64,000 nt of DNA from an uncultured Bacteroidales bacterium. GTDB taxonomy: Bacteria > Bacteroidota > Bacteroidia > Bacteroidales > F082. Shown in pieces: positions 45,184-52,235 of this stretch (positions are counted from its first letter, which is position 1; each line of letters begins with the position of its first letter). Position numbers and translations under genes: made by a program. The DNA lies in assembly GCA_947303335.1 (NCBI GenBank), contig CAMYYB010000004.1:11618-75617 (forward strand), given 5' to 3'. A model generated the notes under the pieces. The model was not told where the DNA came from, ran no database searches, and saw only the letters and a program-made list of their open reading frames with translations.

Positions 45184-45285
45184 CAACATCAATTCTATCA
45201 CCTCTACGATCTATCCTACGACGAAGTGCTTGTCATTGACATGATGTCGCCGTTTACGAGGGAGGAGTATGAGAACAAGACATAA
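45184..45285 (+). pseudogene. Orphan 3' end of a type IIG R-M / Eco57I-like DNA methyltransferase gene
   Basis: This frame reads QHQFYHLYDLSYDEVLVIDMMSPFTREEYENKT*. That matches the conserved C-terminal tail (..VYxLYGLTxEEI/DEVxIV..) of such enzymes. The same frame upstream has no methylase-like sequence. Confidence 0.45.
45196..45219 (+). repeat. 24-nt direct repeat, left copy (tatcacctctacgatctatcctac)
   Basis: 22/24 identical to 46205-46228. The pair flanks the HigB/HigA-like cassette. Confidence 0.85.
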
Positions 45286-45361
45286 ATATGAAAAAAACGA
45301 GCATAATTAGCATAAAAGTTGATTTTTTGCCAAAATACTTTCCAGAATCAACTTTTATGTT

Positions 45362-45369
45362 TATTTTTG
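45362..45369 (+). promoter_or_regulatory. -7 box TATTTTTG
   Basis: 21 nt upstream of the ATG at 45390. Confidence 0.5.
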
Positions 45370-45389
45370 CAGCAGAATTTAGAAAAGAT

Positions 45390-45872
45390 ATGGAAAGAAA
45401 TCTGCTGATAGAACTGCTTGAAGACGGAGAGAAAGTTAGTCTGTACTCTCCTCACTTTGAAGGCGAGGAATACTCTGAGTTTGAGAAGTTCTTGCTGACC
45501 TACAAGGACACATATCCTGACGATGTGCGTCAATTGGTGTACAGACTTGACATTATTAAGCGCGATGGTGCACGAGATATGCATTTCCGTTATGAGGGAA
45601 CACGACGCGACAGGGTAATGGCTTTGCCTTCGCATTTGGAAACAACTTCGTTGAGACTATATCTTCTGAACATACAGGCTAAGATTCTTATTTTGGGAAA
45701 TGGTGGACTAAAAAATACGGCCACATACGAAGAGGATGAGAATCTGCATCGGCAAGTAAAGGTACTTCAAAAGATTGATATTGAACTGAAACAAAGGGAA
45801 AAGAATAAGGTGATAGTGGTAACAGGCACAGAATTACTGGGCGAACTGTCTTTCACTATTGATGATGAATAA
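45390..45872 (+). CDS. Gp49/HigB-like (RelE superfamily) putative toxin
   Basis: FEKFLLTY...VRQLVYRLDIIKRDGA...FRYEG...LRLYLLNIQAKILILGNGGLKNT fits the Gp49/HigB pattern. Followed 17 nt later by an XRE HTH gene. Start at the ATG at 45390, 21 nt after a TATTTTTG box. Confidence 0.45.
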   Translation: MERNLLIELLEDGEKVSLYSPHFEGEEYSEFEKFLLTYKDTYPDDVRQLVYRLDIIKRDGARDMHFRYEGTRRDRVMALPSHLETTSLRLYLLNIQAKILILGNGGLKNTATYEEDENLHRQVKVLQKIDIELKQREKNKVIVVTGTELLGELSFTIDDE

Positions 45873-45889
45873 GAAAAGGAGGAACCGTT

Positions 45890-46180
45890 ATGAAGACGAA
45901 CAAAATTATGGATGATATTCGCAGCACCATTTCACCTGAAATGAAGTTGCAGATGGAGCTTTCTGTGGCAATAGCCAACCGCATCTATGAAATCCTCGAA
46001 GCCAGAGGGCTGTCGCAGAAAGACTTTGCCAAGTTGATGGGAAAGACAGAGACGGAGGTGAGCCGCTGGCTGTCAGGCACTCACAACATGACATTATCTA
46101 CGCTTTGTAAAATCGCTGCTGCCCTAGATGCAGAAGTCGTGAAAGTGGCAGACTATGAATTGGAGCCATCTATTGCATAG
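45890..46180 (+). CDS. XRE-family helix-turn-helix protein (HigA-like putative antitoxin)
   Basis: RGLSQKDFAKLMGKTETEVSRWLSGTHNMTLSTLCKIAAAL is a classic Cro/C1 HTH. Confidence 0.8.
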   Translation: MKTNKIMDDIRSTISPEMKLQMELSVAIANRIYEILEARGLSQKDFAKLMGKTETEVSRWLSGTHNMTLSTLCKIAAALDAEVVKVADYELEPSIA

Positions 46181-46186
46181 GAATCC

Positions 46187-46258
46187 GAAATCCACCGCCT
46201 CGTCTATCACCTCTACGGTCTAACCTACAATGGATACTTATATCGCTTTGATCTCTAA
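46187..46258 (+). pseudogene. Second orphan fragment of a type IIG methyltransferase 3' end
   Basis: Reads EIHRLVYHLYGLTY and then unrelated residues up to a stop. Shares a 24-nt core (22/24 identical) with 45196-45219. Confidence 0.4.
46205..46228 (+). repeat. 24-nt direct repeat, right copy (tatcacctctacggtctaacctac)
   Basis: See the left copy. Confidence 0.85.
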
Positions 46259-46284
46259 ATCCATCGTGAAGCCTTGTTCCGTAA

Positions 46285-46321
46285 GGTGTCAAGGTGTCGA
46301 AGTGTCAAAGTGTCAAAGTGG
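46285..46321 (-). repeat. TTGACAC iteron-like array in inverted orientation (GTGTCAA on the + strand)
   Basis: The sequence is ggtgtcaaggtgtcgaagtgtcaaagtgtcaaagtgg. Confidence 0.85.
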
Positions 46322-46342
46322 TTTTCACAGCCGAAAAACGTC

Positions 46343-46378
46343 CACTATATATAAATAATTAATTATTTATATATAGTG
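46343..46378. repeat. Perfect 36-bp, almost pure A/T palindrome CACTATATATAAATAATT/AATTATTTATATATAGTG
   Basis: Read directly. It is flanked by oppositely oriented TTGACAC/GTGACAC arrays. Confidence 0.9.
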
Positions 46379-46382
46379 ACCA

Positions 46383-46446
46383 CCTTGACACCTCAGAAAT
46401 GAGTTTGACACCGTGACACCGTGACACCGTGACACCCATGACACCC
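46383..46446 (+). repeat. TTGACACC / GTGACACC array (5-6 copies)
   Basis: ccttgacacc ... tttgacaccgtgacaccgtgacaccgtgacacccatgacaccc. Confidence 0.85.
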
Positions 46447-46526
46447 TGGAGCTCGTGCAGAAACCTTTTTTTCAAAAAACTGAAAAAAAGTTGCCCCAAA
46501 ATTCGAAAACCGCAAAATCGCCGCCG

Positions 46527-46534
46527 TACCTTTG
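46527..46534 (+). promoter_or_regulatory. -7 box TACCTTTG
   Basis: Implies a leader of about 230 nt before the ATG at 46763. Confidence 0.4.
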
Positions 46535-46552
46535 CAGCGTCATTCGAACGAC

Positions 46553-46752
46553 AACCAAAACCGAACCAAAAACCAAAATTTCTAACTCCTATGTAACTCC
46601 TACCTAACTCCTACTTTTCGCTAACCCATTTTTGACCTGAAAACAATGCGTGTCGACAGCGTTATTATAACCAAAAACCAAAACCAACGGCCAACAGCTA
46701 ACAGCTAATAGCTAACAGCCATCAGCCAAAACCAATTACTAACCAACCAAAA
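46553..46752 (+). repeat. Word-repeat-rich untranslated leader (ACCAAAA runs, 3x TAACTCCTA, CAGCTAA runs)
   Basis: aaccaaaaccgaaccaaaaaccaaaa; taactcctatgtaactcctacctaactcctac (46583-46614); caacagctaacagctaatagctaacagccatcagcc. Confidence 0.8.
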
Positions 46753-46762
46753 TTTCAAAACT

Positions 46763-47845
46763 ATGGCAAGAATTGTTTCAATCTTCCAGTTCACCGGACG
46801 CGCCGGCTCTGCCGTCGGTTCGAAGGGCAAAGGCGGCAAGATCCTCCTGCGCCAGTACCAGCCCACTGTGGCCAACCCCCGCACCGCTGCTCAGATGAGC
46901 AACCGCGCTAAGCTGAAACTCGCCGCCCAAGTGGCAGGTATGCTGGGCGAAGTGGGGCGCACCGCCCTCATCGCCAACGGTCAGCGCAAGACCGAACGCG
47001 GCATCCTCATCAAGAGCCTGCTGCAACACGTCAAAGTCAGCGCTGACGGCACACAAGCTGCGCTGGGCTACGACCTCAACCTGGTCAGCAACCCCTCTTA
47101 CGCCGAAGCCATCGGCCTGGTCATCACCAGCGAGAGCAACGCTTTCGTGGCCACCTATTCGGGTGCCGCACAAGGCGAAGTCATCGCCAAGGCCATCCTC
47201 GTCCACGACATCGCCACAGGCCTGTGGAGACATGCCAGCGCAATGGACACCAACACGACCCTGAGCATCGGCAAGAGTGCCAGCGAGGCCGGTGACGCGC
47301 TTGAGGTCTTTGCCTACGGCATCGTCCTGCAGCCCAAGACCAGCGAGGGCTTCAACAACATCGGCCAGACGGGAGCCAACCCAACGGGCTATGTGATTGA
47401 CCTCAACAAGGTCTCGACCACCAACTACGCCTTCTCGCCTTGCGTGAGTGCAGCCCTCAACGTCGAAGGCGACGGCTCCACCACGGGTGGCAGCGGCAAC
47501 GCCAGCGGCGGATCGGGCAACGGCGGCAACGGTAACGAGACCCCCGGCGGCGGCTCTTCGACAGGCTCAGACACCGTCCAAGCCCCCACCATCAGCGGCA
47601 CCACGCCTTTCGCTGAGACGACCCAAGTGACCATCAGCGGTCCTGACGACGCCCGCGTCTACTACACCACCGACGGCAGCACGCCCACCAGCGGGAGCAC
47701 GCTCTACACAGCGGCCTTCACCCTGAGCGACACCACCACCGTCAAGGCCATCGCCATCAAGGACGGCACGAGCAGCTCGGTAACGACCAAGACCTTCACC
47801 AAGGCCTCCGGCGGCAACGGCGGGGACGACCCCTTCGCAGGATGA
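46763..47845 (+). CDS. Hypothetical protein with G/S-rich linker and C-terminal chitobiase/hexosaminidase-C-like (CHB_HEX_C) domain
   Basis: No signal peptide. The linker is GGSGNASGGSGNGGNGNETPGGGSSTG. The C-terminal VYYTTDGSTPTSGSTLYTAAFTLSDTTTVKAIAIKDG is the CHB_HEX_C pattern. The gene is visibly GC-rich compared with its neighbours. Confidence 0.55.
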   Translation: MARIVSIFQFTGRAGSAVGSKGKGGKILLRQYQPTVANPRTAAQMSNRAKLKLAAQVAGMLGEVGRTALIANGQRKTERGILIKSLLQHVKVSADGTQAALGYDLNLVSNPSYAEAIGLVITSESNAFVATYSGAAQGEVIAKAILVHDIATGLWRHASAMDTNTTLSIGKSASEAGDALEVFAYGIVLQPKTSEGFNNIGQTGANPTGYVIDLNKVSTTNYAFSPCVSAALNVEGDGSTTGGSGNASGGSGNGGNGNETPGGGSSTGSDTVQAPTISGTTPFAETTQVTISGPDDARVYYTTDGSTPTSGSTLYTAAFTLSDTTTVKAIAIKDGTSSSVTTKTFTKASGGNGGDDPFAG

Positions 47846-47869
47846 TCAACCTTCTAAACCCATAGCACT

Positions 47870-47986
47870 ATGAACAAGAAGCGCATCATCGAGATTGTGG
47901 TGAAGATGTTAGTAGCCGCACTCACAGCTTTCGTGACAGCCATCACAACGACGAGCTGTATGGGACGAGGACCCATCTTCCTCTAA
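47870..47986 (+). CDS. 38-aa hydrophobic micro-ORF ('smalltalk'-like small membrane protein)
   Basis: My own translation is MNKKRIIEIVVKMLVAALTAFVTAITTTSCMGRGPIFL*. It is below the ORF-track size cutoff. It resembles the tiny Bacteroidales proteins that end a TM helix with ..TSC.. and is followed by a hairpin terminator. Confidence 0.35.
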   Translation: MNKKRIIEIVVKMLVAALTAFVTAITTTSCMGRGPIFL

Positions 47987-47999
47987 ACCTTTCACCCTG

Positions 48000-48033
48000 G
48001 GGCTGGCGGCCTTGCCGCTGGCCCTTTTCTTTT
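48000..48033 (+). terminator. Terminator after the micro-ORF, at the right edge of the island
   Basis: GGGCTGGCGG-ccttg-CCGCTGGCCC (two G-U wobbles) followed by TTTTCTTTT. Confidence 0.5.
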
Positions 48034-48196
48034 GGATTGCCTTCGGCAAGAAATCCCTGGAAAACCTCAGATACAAGCAACATTTTCTTGCCGATAACGG
48101 CAAAAACCGCTATCTTTGCAGTGCTTTTTTGAACTAATCTTGCCGATAGATGGAGTATATTTCAGTCAGTCAAAATCTGACAATTTGAAATTTTCC

Positions 48197-48204
48197 TATT
48201 TTTG
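48197..48204 (+). promoter_or_regulatory. -7 box TATTTTTG upstream of malQ
   Basis: 36 nt upstream of the GTG at 48240. A second match, TATCTTTG, lies at 48111-48118. Confidence 0.45.
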
Positions 48205-48239
48205 CCCTTGATAACAACAGCCACAACATCAAACAGAAA

Positions 48240-50141
48240 GTGAACATCTTATTCAGACTACGCTACGACAGCCATTGGGGTGAAGAGCTCTTCCTCACGG
48301 GAAACACCCTAAAATTAGGCCATTGGGACACGAACAAAGCCATCCCTATGGAATATACGGGAACAGGCATCTGGTCGGCCTCTGTAGAGACGCACGACCT
48401 TGCGTCTCTACCACAACCCATCGAATACAAATATTTCGTCCGCGAGAATGGACAAATCCGCTGGGAAGACGGCTCCAACCGCATCCTGCCCGAAGGCAAG
48501 GAGCGCACCTGGGACTGGTTTGGCCTTACCCAAAGGCAGACTCTGAAAGGCGTAGCCGTACCCCTGTTCAGCCTGCGGACTGAAGACGATTTCGGCATCG
48601 GCGAATATGCCGACCTGCCCGTATTAGGCGACTGGTGTGTGCAGAACGGTATGGGCATCATCCAAATCCTGCCCATCAACGACACCACAGCCCACTACGA
48701 CTGGCGCGACTCATACCCCTACAACGCCATCTCGGCCTTTGCCCTGAACCCGGTTTACCTGAACCTGCAACTGCTGGGCATCAAGGAAGACAGCACGCTT
48801 AGAATCAAGCAATACAAACTTAACTCGAATGCCTTTGTCGATTATCCCAAAGTGTTGAAAGCCAAATGGGTCTATTTCAGGAGGGCTTTCTCAGCCCAAT
48901 GGGACTCCATAAAAGAAACCCCTGATTTCCAACAATTCATAAACGACAACGCCGACTGGCTGCCCGACTATGCCCAATATTGCGCCGAACGCGACGGCAA
49001 CGGTACAGAGATTCACCTCTTCCTGCAATACCATTGCGACAAGCAACTGCGCAAGGCCGTCAAAGCCCTGCACGACAAAGGCATCCTGCTGAAGGGCGAC
49101 ATCCCCATCGGGGTGAACCCCTCAGGAGTGGATGTGAAAAGCCATCCCGACTTGTTCAACTTAGACGTGCAAGTGGGTGCCCCACCCGATGACTTCGCTG
49201 CCGAGGGACAAAACTGGGGCTTCCCGTCCTACAACTGGAAGACGATGGCGAAGGACGGCTATGCCTGGTGGCAACGCCGCCTGCAAGTGATGGCCCGCTA
49301 CTTTGATGCTTACCGCATCGACCATATCCTGGGCTTCTTCCGTATCTGGGAGATTCCCAAGACGGCCAAGTCGGGCTTGCTGGGACATTTCTCCCCCTCC
49401 CTTCCTTTGTCTGTTGAAGAAATGGAAAAACAAGGCTTCCATTTCATCAAAAACAAGCATCTGAAAAAAGGCATCGACACCCTCTTCATCCCCGACCCGA
49501 AAGAGCCAGCCAAATACATCCCCCGCATCGAACTGCAAAAAACAAAGGCTTACCTGTCGTTAGACGAGGAACAGAAGCAAGCCATAGACCGCATCTACGA
49601 GGACTTCTACTACCACCGCCACAATGACTACTGGAAGCAGAAAGCCTTGGAGAAACTGCCCGCTCTGCTCAACGCCACGAAGATGATGGCCTGCGGCGAA
49701 GACCTCGGCATGATTCCCGCCTGCGTACCTGAAGTGATGAAGGAATTGGGTATCATGAGTCTTGAAGTGCAGCGTATGCCCAAGGTGTTCGGCCACCCAT
49801 TTGTGCAGACCGAAGACCTTCCCGAAAACTGCGTCTACACCACCGGCACCCACGATATGCCCACCCTGAGAGGCTGGTTAGCGGAAGACCGCGTGCGTAC
49901 CCGTCAGTTCTTGGACAGTCTGGATATGGACGACAGGAGAGTCACCGCCAAGACCCTCAAAACCATCATGGACAAGCATCAGGACAGTCCCTCGAAATGG
50001 AACATCTATCCCCTTCAAGACCTCTTGGACCAGGAACAAAAGAATTGGTCGCCCAACCCCGTGGACGACCAAATCAATGTTCCATCCAATGCCAAAAACC
50101 AATGGAAATGGCGGATGGGAATGTCTTTGGAAGACTTATAG
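48240..50141 (+). CDS. malQ: 4-alpha-glucanotransferase (GH77 amylomaltase) with N-terminal CBM20 starch-binding domain
   Basis: CBM20-like WGEELFLTGNTLKLGHWD. GH77 blocks YNAISAFALNPVYL, DIPIGV, YRIDHILGFFRIWEIP and GEDLGMIP. GTG start. Confidence 0.9.
   Translation: MNILFRLRYDSHWGEELFLTGNTLKLGHWDTNKAIPMEYTGTGIWSASVETHDLASLPQPIEYKYFVRENGQIRWEDGSNRILPEGKERTWDWFGLTQRQTLKGVAVPLFSLRTEDDFGIGEYADLPVLGDWCVQNGMGIIQILPINDTTAHYDWRDSYPYNAISAFALNPVYLNLQLLGIKEDSTLRIKQYKLNSNAFVDYPKVLKAKWVYFRRAFSAQWDSIKETPDFQQFINDNADWLPDYAQYCAERDGNGTEIHLFLQYHCDKQLRKAVKALHDKGILLKGDIPIGVNPSGVDVKSHPDLFNLDVQVGAPPDDFAAEGQNWGFPSYNWKTMAKDGYAWWQRRLQVMARYFDAYRIDHILGFFRIWEIPKTAKSGLLGHFSPSLPLSVEEMEKQGFHFIKNKHLKKGIDTLFIPDPKEPAKYIPRIELQKTKAYLSLDEEQKQAIDRIYEDFYYHRHNDYWKQKALEKLPALLNATKMMACGEDLGMIPACVPEVMKELGIMSLEVQRMPKVFGHPFVQTEDLPENCVYTTGTHDMPTLRGWLAEDRVRTRQFLDSLDMDDRRVTAKTLKTIMDKHQDSPSKWNIYPLQDLLDQEQKNWSPNPVDDQINVPSNAKNQWKWRMGMSLEDL
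48384..48411. repeat. GTAGAGACGCA-n6-TGCGTCTCTAC palindrome inside the malQ CBM20 coding region
   Basis: 11-bp perfect arms with a 6-nt loop. It encodes VETHDLASLP. Confidence 0.9.
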
Positions 50142-50142
50142 C

Positions 50143-50997
50143 TTACGGATTCACCTCGTGGATAATCTCCGAACCGCCAGAAGTGCTGCTGTCACCCGTG
50201 AAAGCAGTACCCGTAAAGTGCAAGTCACTGGCACCCGAAAGGTTGACGATGATGTTGCCGTCGCAATGGATATAGGCGGAACTGGCACCAGACATCGAGC
50301 CTTCGCATTGTTCGCAAACGAGGCCATATCTGCCTTCAACCACCTGCCTGACGATGTTGCTGGCCCCTGTCAGATTAATTTTCAACTTGGCCACTTGACC
50401 CAAAAGTTTGGCATCCGAAGCACCATCGAGGCCGAGGTCAAACTCGGGGACGTCTACCGTGCCTTCAATGTCGGAACTGCCTGACAAATCCACATCAGCT
50501 TCGTTAGCCAGAATGTCTCCGTAGAAATTGGAGGCACCTGAGAGGTCAACGTCCACTTTATGGGCATTAATGTCGCAATAGAAATCAGAAGCACCTGACA
50601 GTTCGACTTCAACCATCTCGCCAACAAGGCCGTATTCTGAACGGAATTCTGAGGCACCCGACAAGTCAACGCTTGTCAAGTCAGCATTGTAAGGCAGAAG
50701 CACTTTCAACTCCAAATTCGTCCCAATGTTGATTGAAAGAGGTTTGAGATGAATTTTCAGTTTGTCACCGTCTTTTTCCACCAAGACCTTGGGCATAACG
50801 TTCTCGTCGGTGGTGATAGTGATTTGATCCACCGCATCGGTTACGGTGACTTCAAAGGCATTCTCCACGCAAAGTTCAGTGTAAGAACCCTCAATGATGA
50901 ATTCTTCGGTGATGTTGTTGCCTGAAAGGATAATCTTGTTGCAACTGGTAAAGGCAAACAAGACAATGGCTGATAGGATGAACAAGTACTTTTTCAT
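50143..50997 (-). CDS. DUF2807 / head GIN domain lipoprotein
   Basis: Lipobox LFAFTSC. Periodic DLSGASxF / LSGASD repeats are typical of GIN/DUF2807 beta-helix proteins. Confidence 0.6.
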   Translation of the reverse strand: MKKYLFILSAIVLFAFTSCNKIILSGNNITEEFIIEGSYTELCVENAFEVTVTDAVDQITITTDENVMPKVLVEKDGDKLKIHLKPLSINIGTNLELKVLLPYNADLTSVDLSGASEFRSEYGLVGEMVEVELSGASDFYCDINAHKVDVDLSGASNFYGDILANEADVDLSGSSDIEGTVDVPEFDLGLDGASDAKLLGQVAKLKINLTGASNIVRQVVEGRYGLVCEQCEGSMSGASSAYIHCDGNIIVNLSGASDLHFTGTAFTGDSSTSGGSEIIHEVNP

Positions 50998-51081
50998 TGT
51001 TGTAACAAACCGCTGTTATATACCATCGGGGCGTCGGTTTTTAGGTTATTGAACGATGTTTGTATTTGTGTCTTTCAACGG

Positions 51082-51089
51082 CAAAAGTA
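51082..51089 (-). promoter_or_regulatory. -7 box TACTTTTG upstream of the GIN-domain gene
   Basis: The reverse complement of caaaagta, 85 nt upstream of the ATG at 50997. Confidence 0.4.
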
Positions 51090-51121
51090 CAGCTTTTATT
51101 GAGACCCACCGTTTTTTTCAC

Positions 51122-51129
51122 TATTTTTG
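51122..51129 (+). promoter_or_regulatory. -7 box TATTTTTG upstream of deoC
   Basis: 22 nt upstream of the ATG at 51151. Confidence 0.5.
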
Positions 51130-51150
51130 CAGCATCCAAACAAAATCATC

Positions 51151-51999
51151 ATGAAATTCAAACCCTACAACCATAGCGAAGAAGCACTGAATGAACGCAT
51201 TAAGCTCATAGTCAGTGAAGAGAAGAAAAAAGGCAAAGAAAAGGAAGCCCTGAAAACCATCTTCCAAAGTATCGACTTCACCACCTTGGAAGCCTTCGAC
51301 AATGAGGCGAAAATCAAGGACTTTTGCGCAAAGGCACTGGCTTTCCCGAAACAGAAGCCTTACCTCAGCGTTCCCGCCATCTGCATTTATAGCCCCTTTG
51401 TCCGTCAGGCCAAGCAACTGCTTGAGGGCAGCGGCATCCGCGTGGCTACTGTAGCTTGCTGCTTCCCCTCAGGGCAAATGCCCTTCGACTTAAAAGTCAA
51501 GGAGGTGGAATATTGCGTCAACGAGGGTGCCGATGAGGTGGATATGGTCATCTCACGCGGCACGTTCCTCGCTGGCAACTACGATGAGGTCTTCAACGAA
51601 ATCAAGACCATCAAGGCGACTTGCGGCAACAAGGCCCAATTAAAAGTCATCCTTGAAACGGGCGAGCTAAAGACGGTGGAGAACATCCGCAAAGCTTCAG
51701 AACTGGCCATCCTCGCCGGGGCCGACTTCATCAAGACCTCAACGGGCAAGGTGCCGGTGGCTGCTACGCCCCTCGCCGCCATCATCATGATAGACACCAT
51801 CAAGGAGTACTATGAGGCCACTGGCAAGAAGGTAGGCTTCAAACCTGCTGGTGGCATGAAGACTCCAGAAGATGCCCTCACCTACTATTATTTAGTGAAG
51901 AACATCCTCGGCGAACAATGGCTCAACCCGAACCTCTTCCGCGTGGGCACCAGCCGCCTCGCCGGACTGATACTTGAACATATTAATGGTATCGGCTAA
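51151..51999 (+). CDS. deoC: Deoxyribose-phosphate aldolase
   Basis: GADEVDMVI and GADFIKTSTGK (Schiff-base lysine). Start at the ATG at 51151, 22 nt after a TATTTTTG box. Confidence 0.9.
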   Translation: MKFKPYNHSEEALNERIKLIVSEEKKKGKEKEALKTIFQSIDFTTLEAFDNEAKIKDFCAKALAFPKQKPYLSVPAICIYSPFVRQAKQLLEGSGIRVATVACCFPSGQMPFDLKVKEVEYCVNEGADEVDMVISRGTFLAGNYDEVFNEIKTIKATCGNKAQLKVILETGELKTVENIRKASELAILAGADFIKTSTGKVPVAATPLAAIIMIDTIKEYYEATGKKVGFKPAGGMKTPEDALTYYYLVKNILGEQWLNPNLFRVGTSRLAGLILEHINGIG

Positions 52000-52131
52000 T
52001 GCCGAGAAATACGAAGTATTCGACAAAGTCAAATCACTCAAAAATCTGAAGGAGATTTCTAATTATCAAGAATTTGAGAATTTAAGAATTTTATAATTTG
52101 TTGATTATATGAATTTTATTGAATTTGAGAT

Positions 52132-52151
52132 AAAAATTGCAGGCAATTTTT
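52132..52151 (+). terminator. Hairpin AAAAATTGC-ag-GCAATTTTT downstream of deoC
   Basis: Perfect 9-bp stem ending in a T run. Confidence 0.4.
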
Positions 52152-52235
52152 AGAAATGCCCTGAATAAAAAATCAGCCTAAAATCCATAATATTGATTTT
52201 GAAAGATTTTAAAATAGATTTTCTCAAGATTTCTT

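Larger units (their letters stand above)
32926..48110. mobile_element. Mosaic accessory/defence island between purE and malQ (no integrase, tRNA or clear att sites seen)
   Basis: The content is entirely accessory: primase-like gene, defence-like operon, Rpn nuclease, TA-like pair, methylase gene remnants and dense repeats. Composition shifts by eye between an AT-rich operon and a GC-rich gene at 46763-47845. The island is flanked by housekeeping purE and malQ. Confidence 0.5.

Noticed and set aside
46178-46258. Stop-codon read-through of the XRE HTH gene into the methylase-tail fragment, which is in the same frame after the TAG.
   Set aside because: There is no supporting signal. The appended peptide would be an unrelated methylase C-terminal motif, so the shared frame is most likely coincidence.
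46285-46446. Possible CRISPR array, given the short repeated units here and at 31588-31642 and 33325-33362.
   Set aside because: The units are 7-16 nt and directly abutting, with no unique spacers of regular length. There are no cas genes in the window.
46763-47845. The idea that the 360-aa GC-rich protein is a phage structural (capsid or tail) protein marking a prophage.
   Set aside because: No other phage structural, terminase or portal genes are present in the island, and the only recognisable part is an Ig-like CHB_HEX_C domain. The evidence is insufficient.
32898-48240. Search for att-type direct repeats, a tRNA target or an integrase delimiting the island.
   Set aside because: None was found by eye. 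The only edge repeats seen (TCTTGCCGATA at about 48086 and 48137) are both on the right side. The island boundaries therefore remain approximate.
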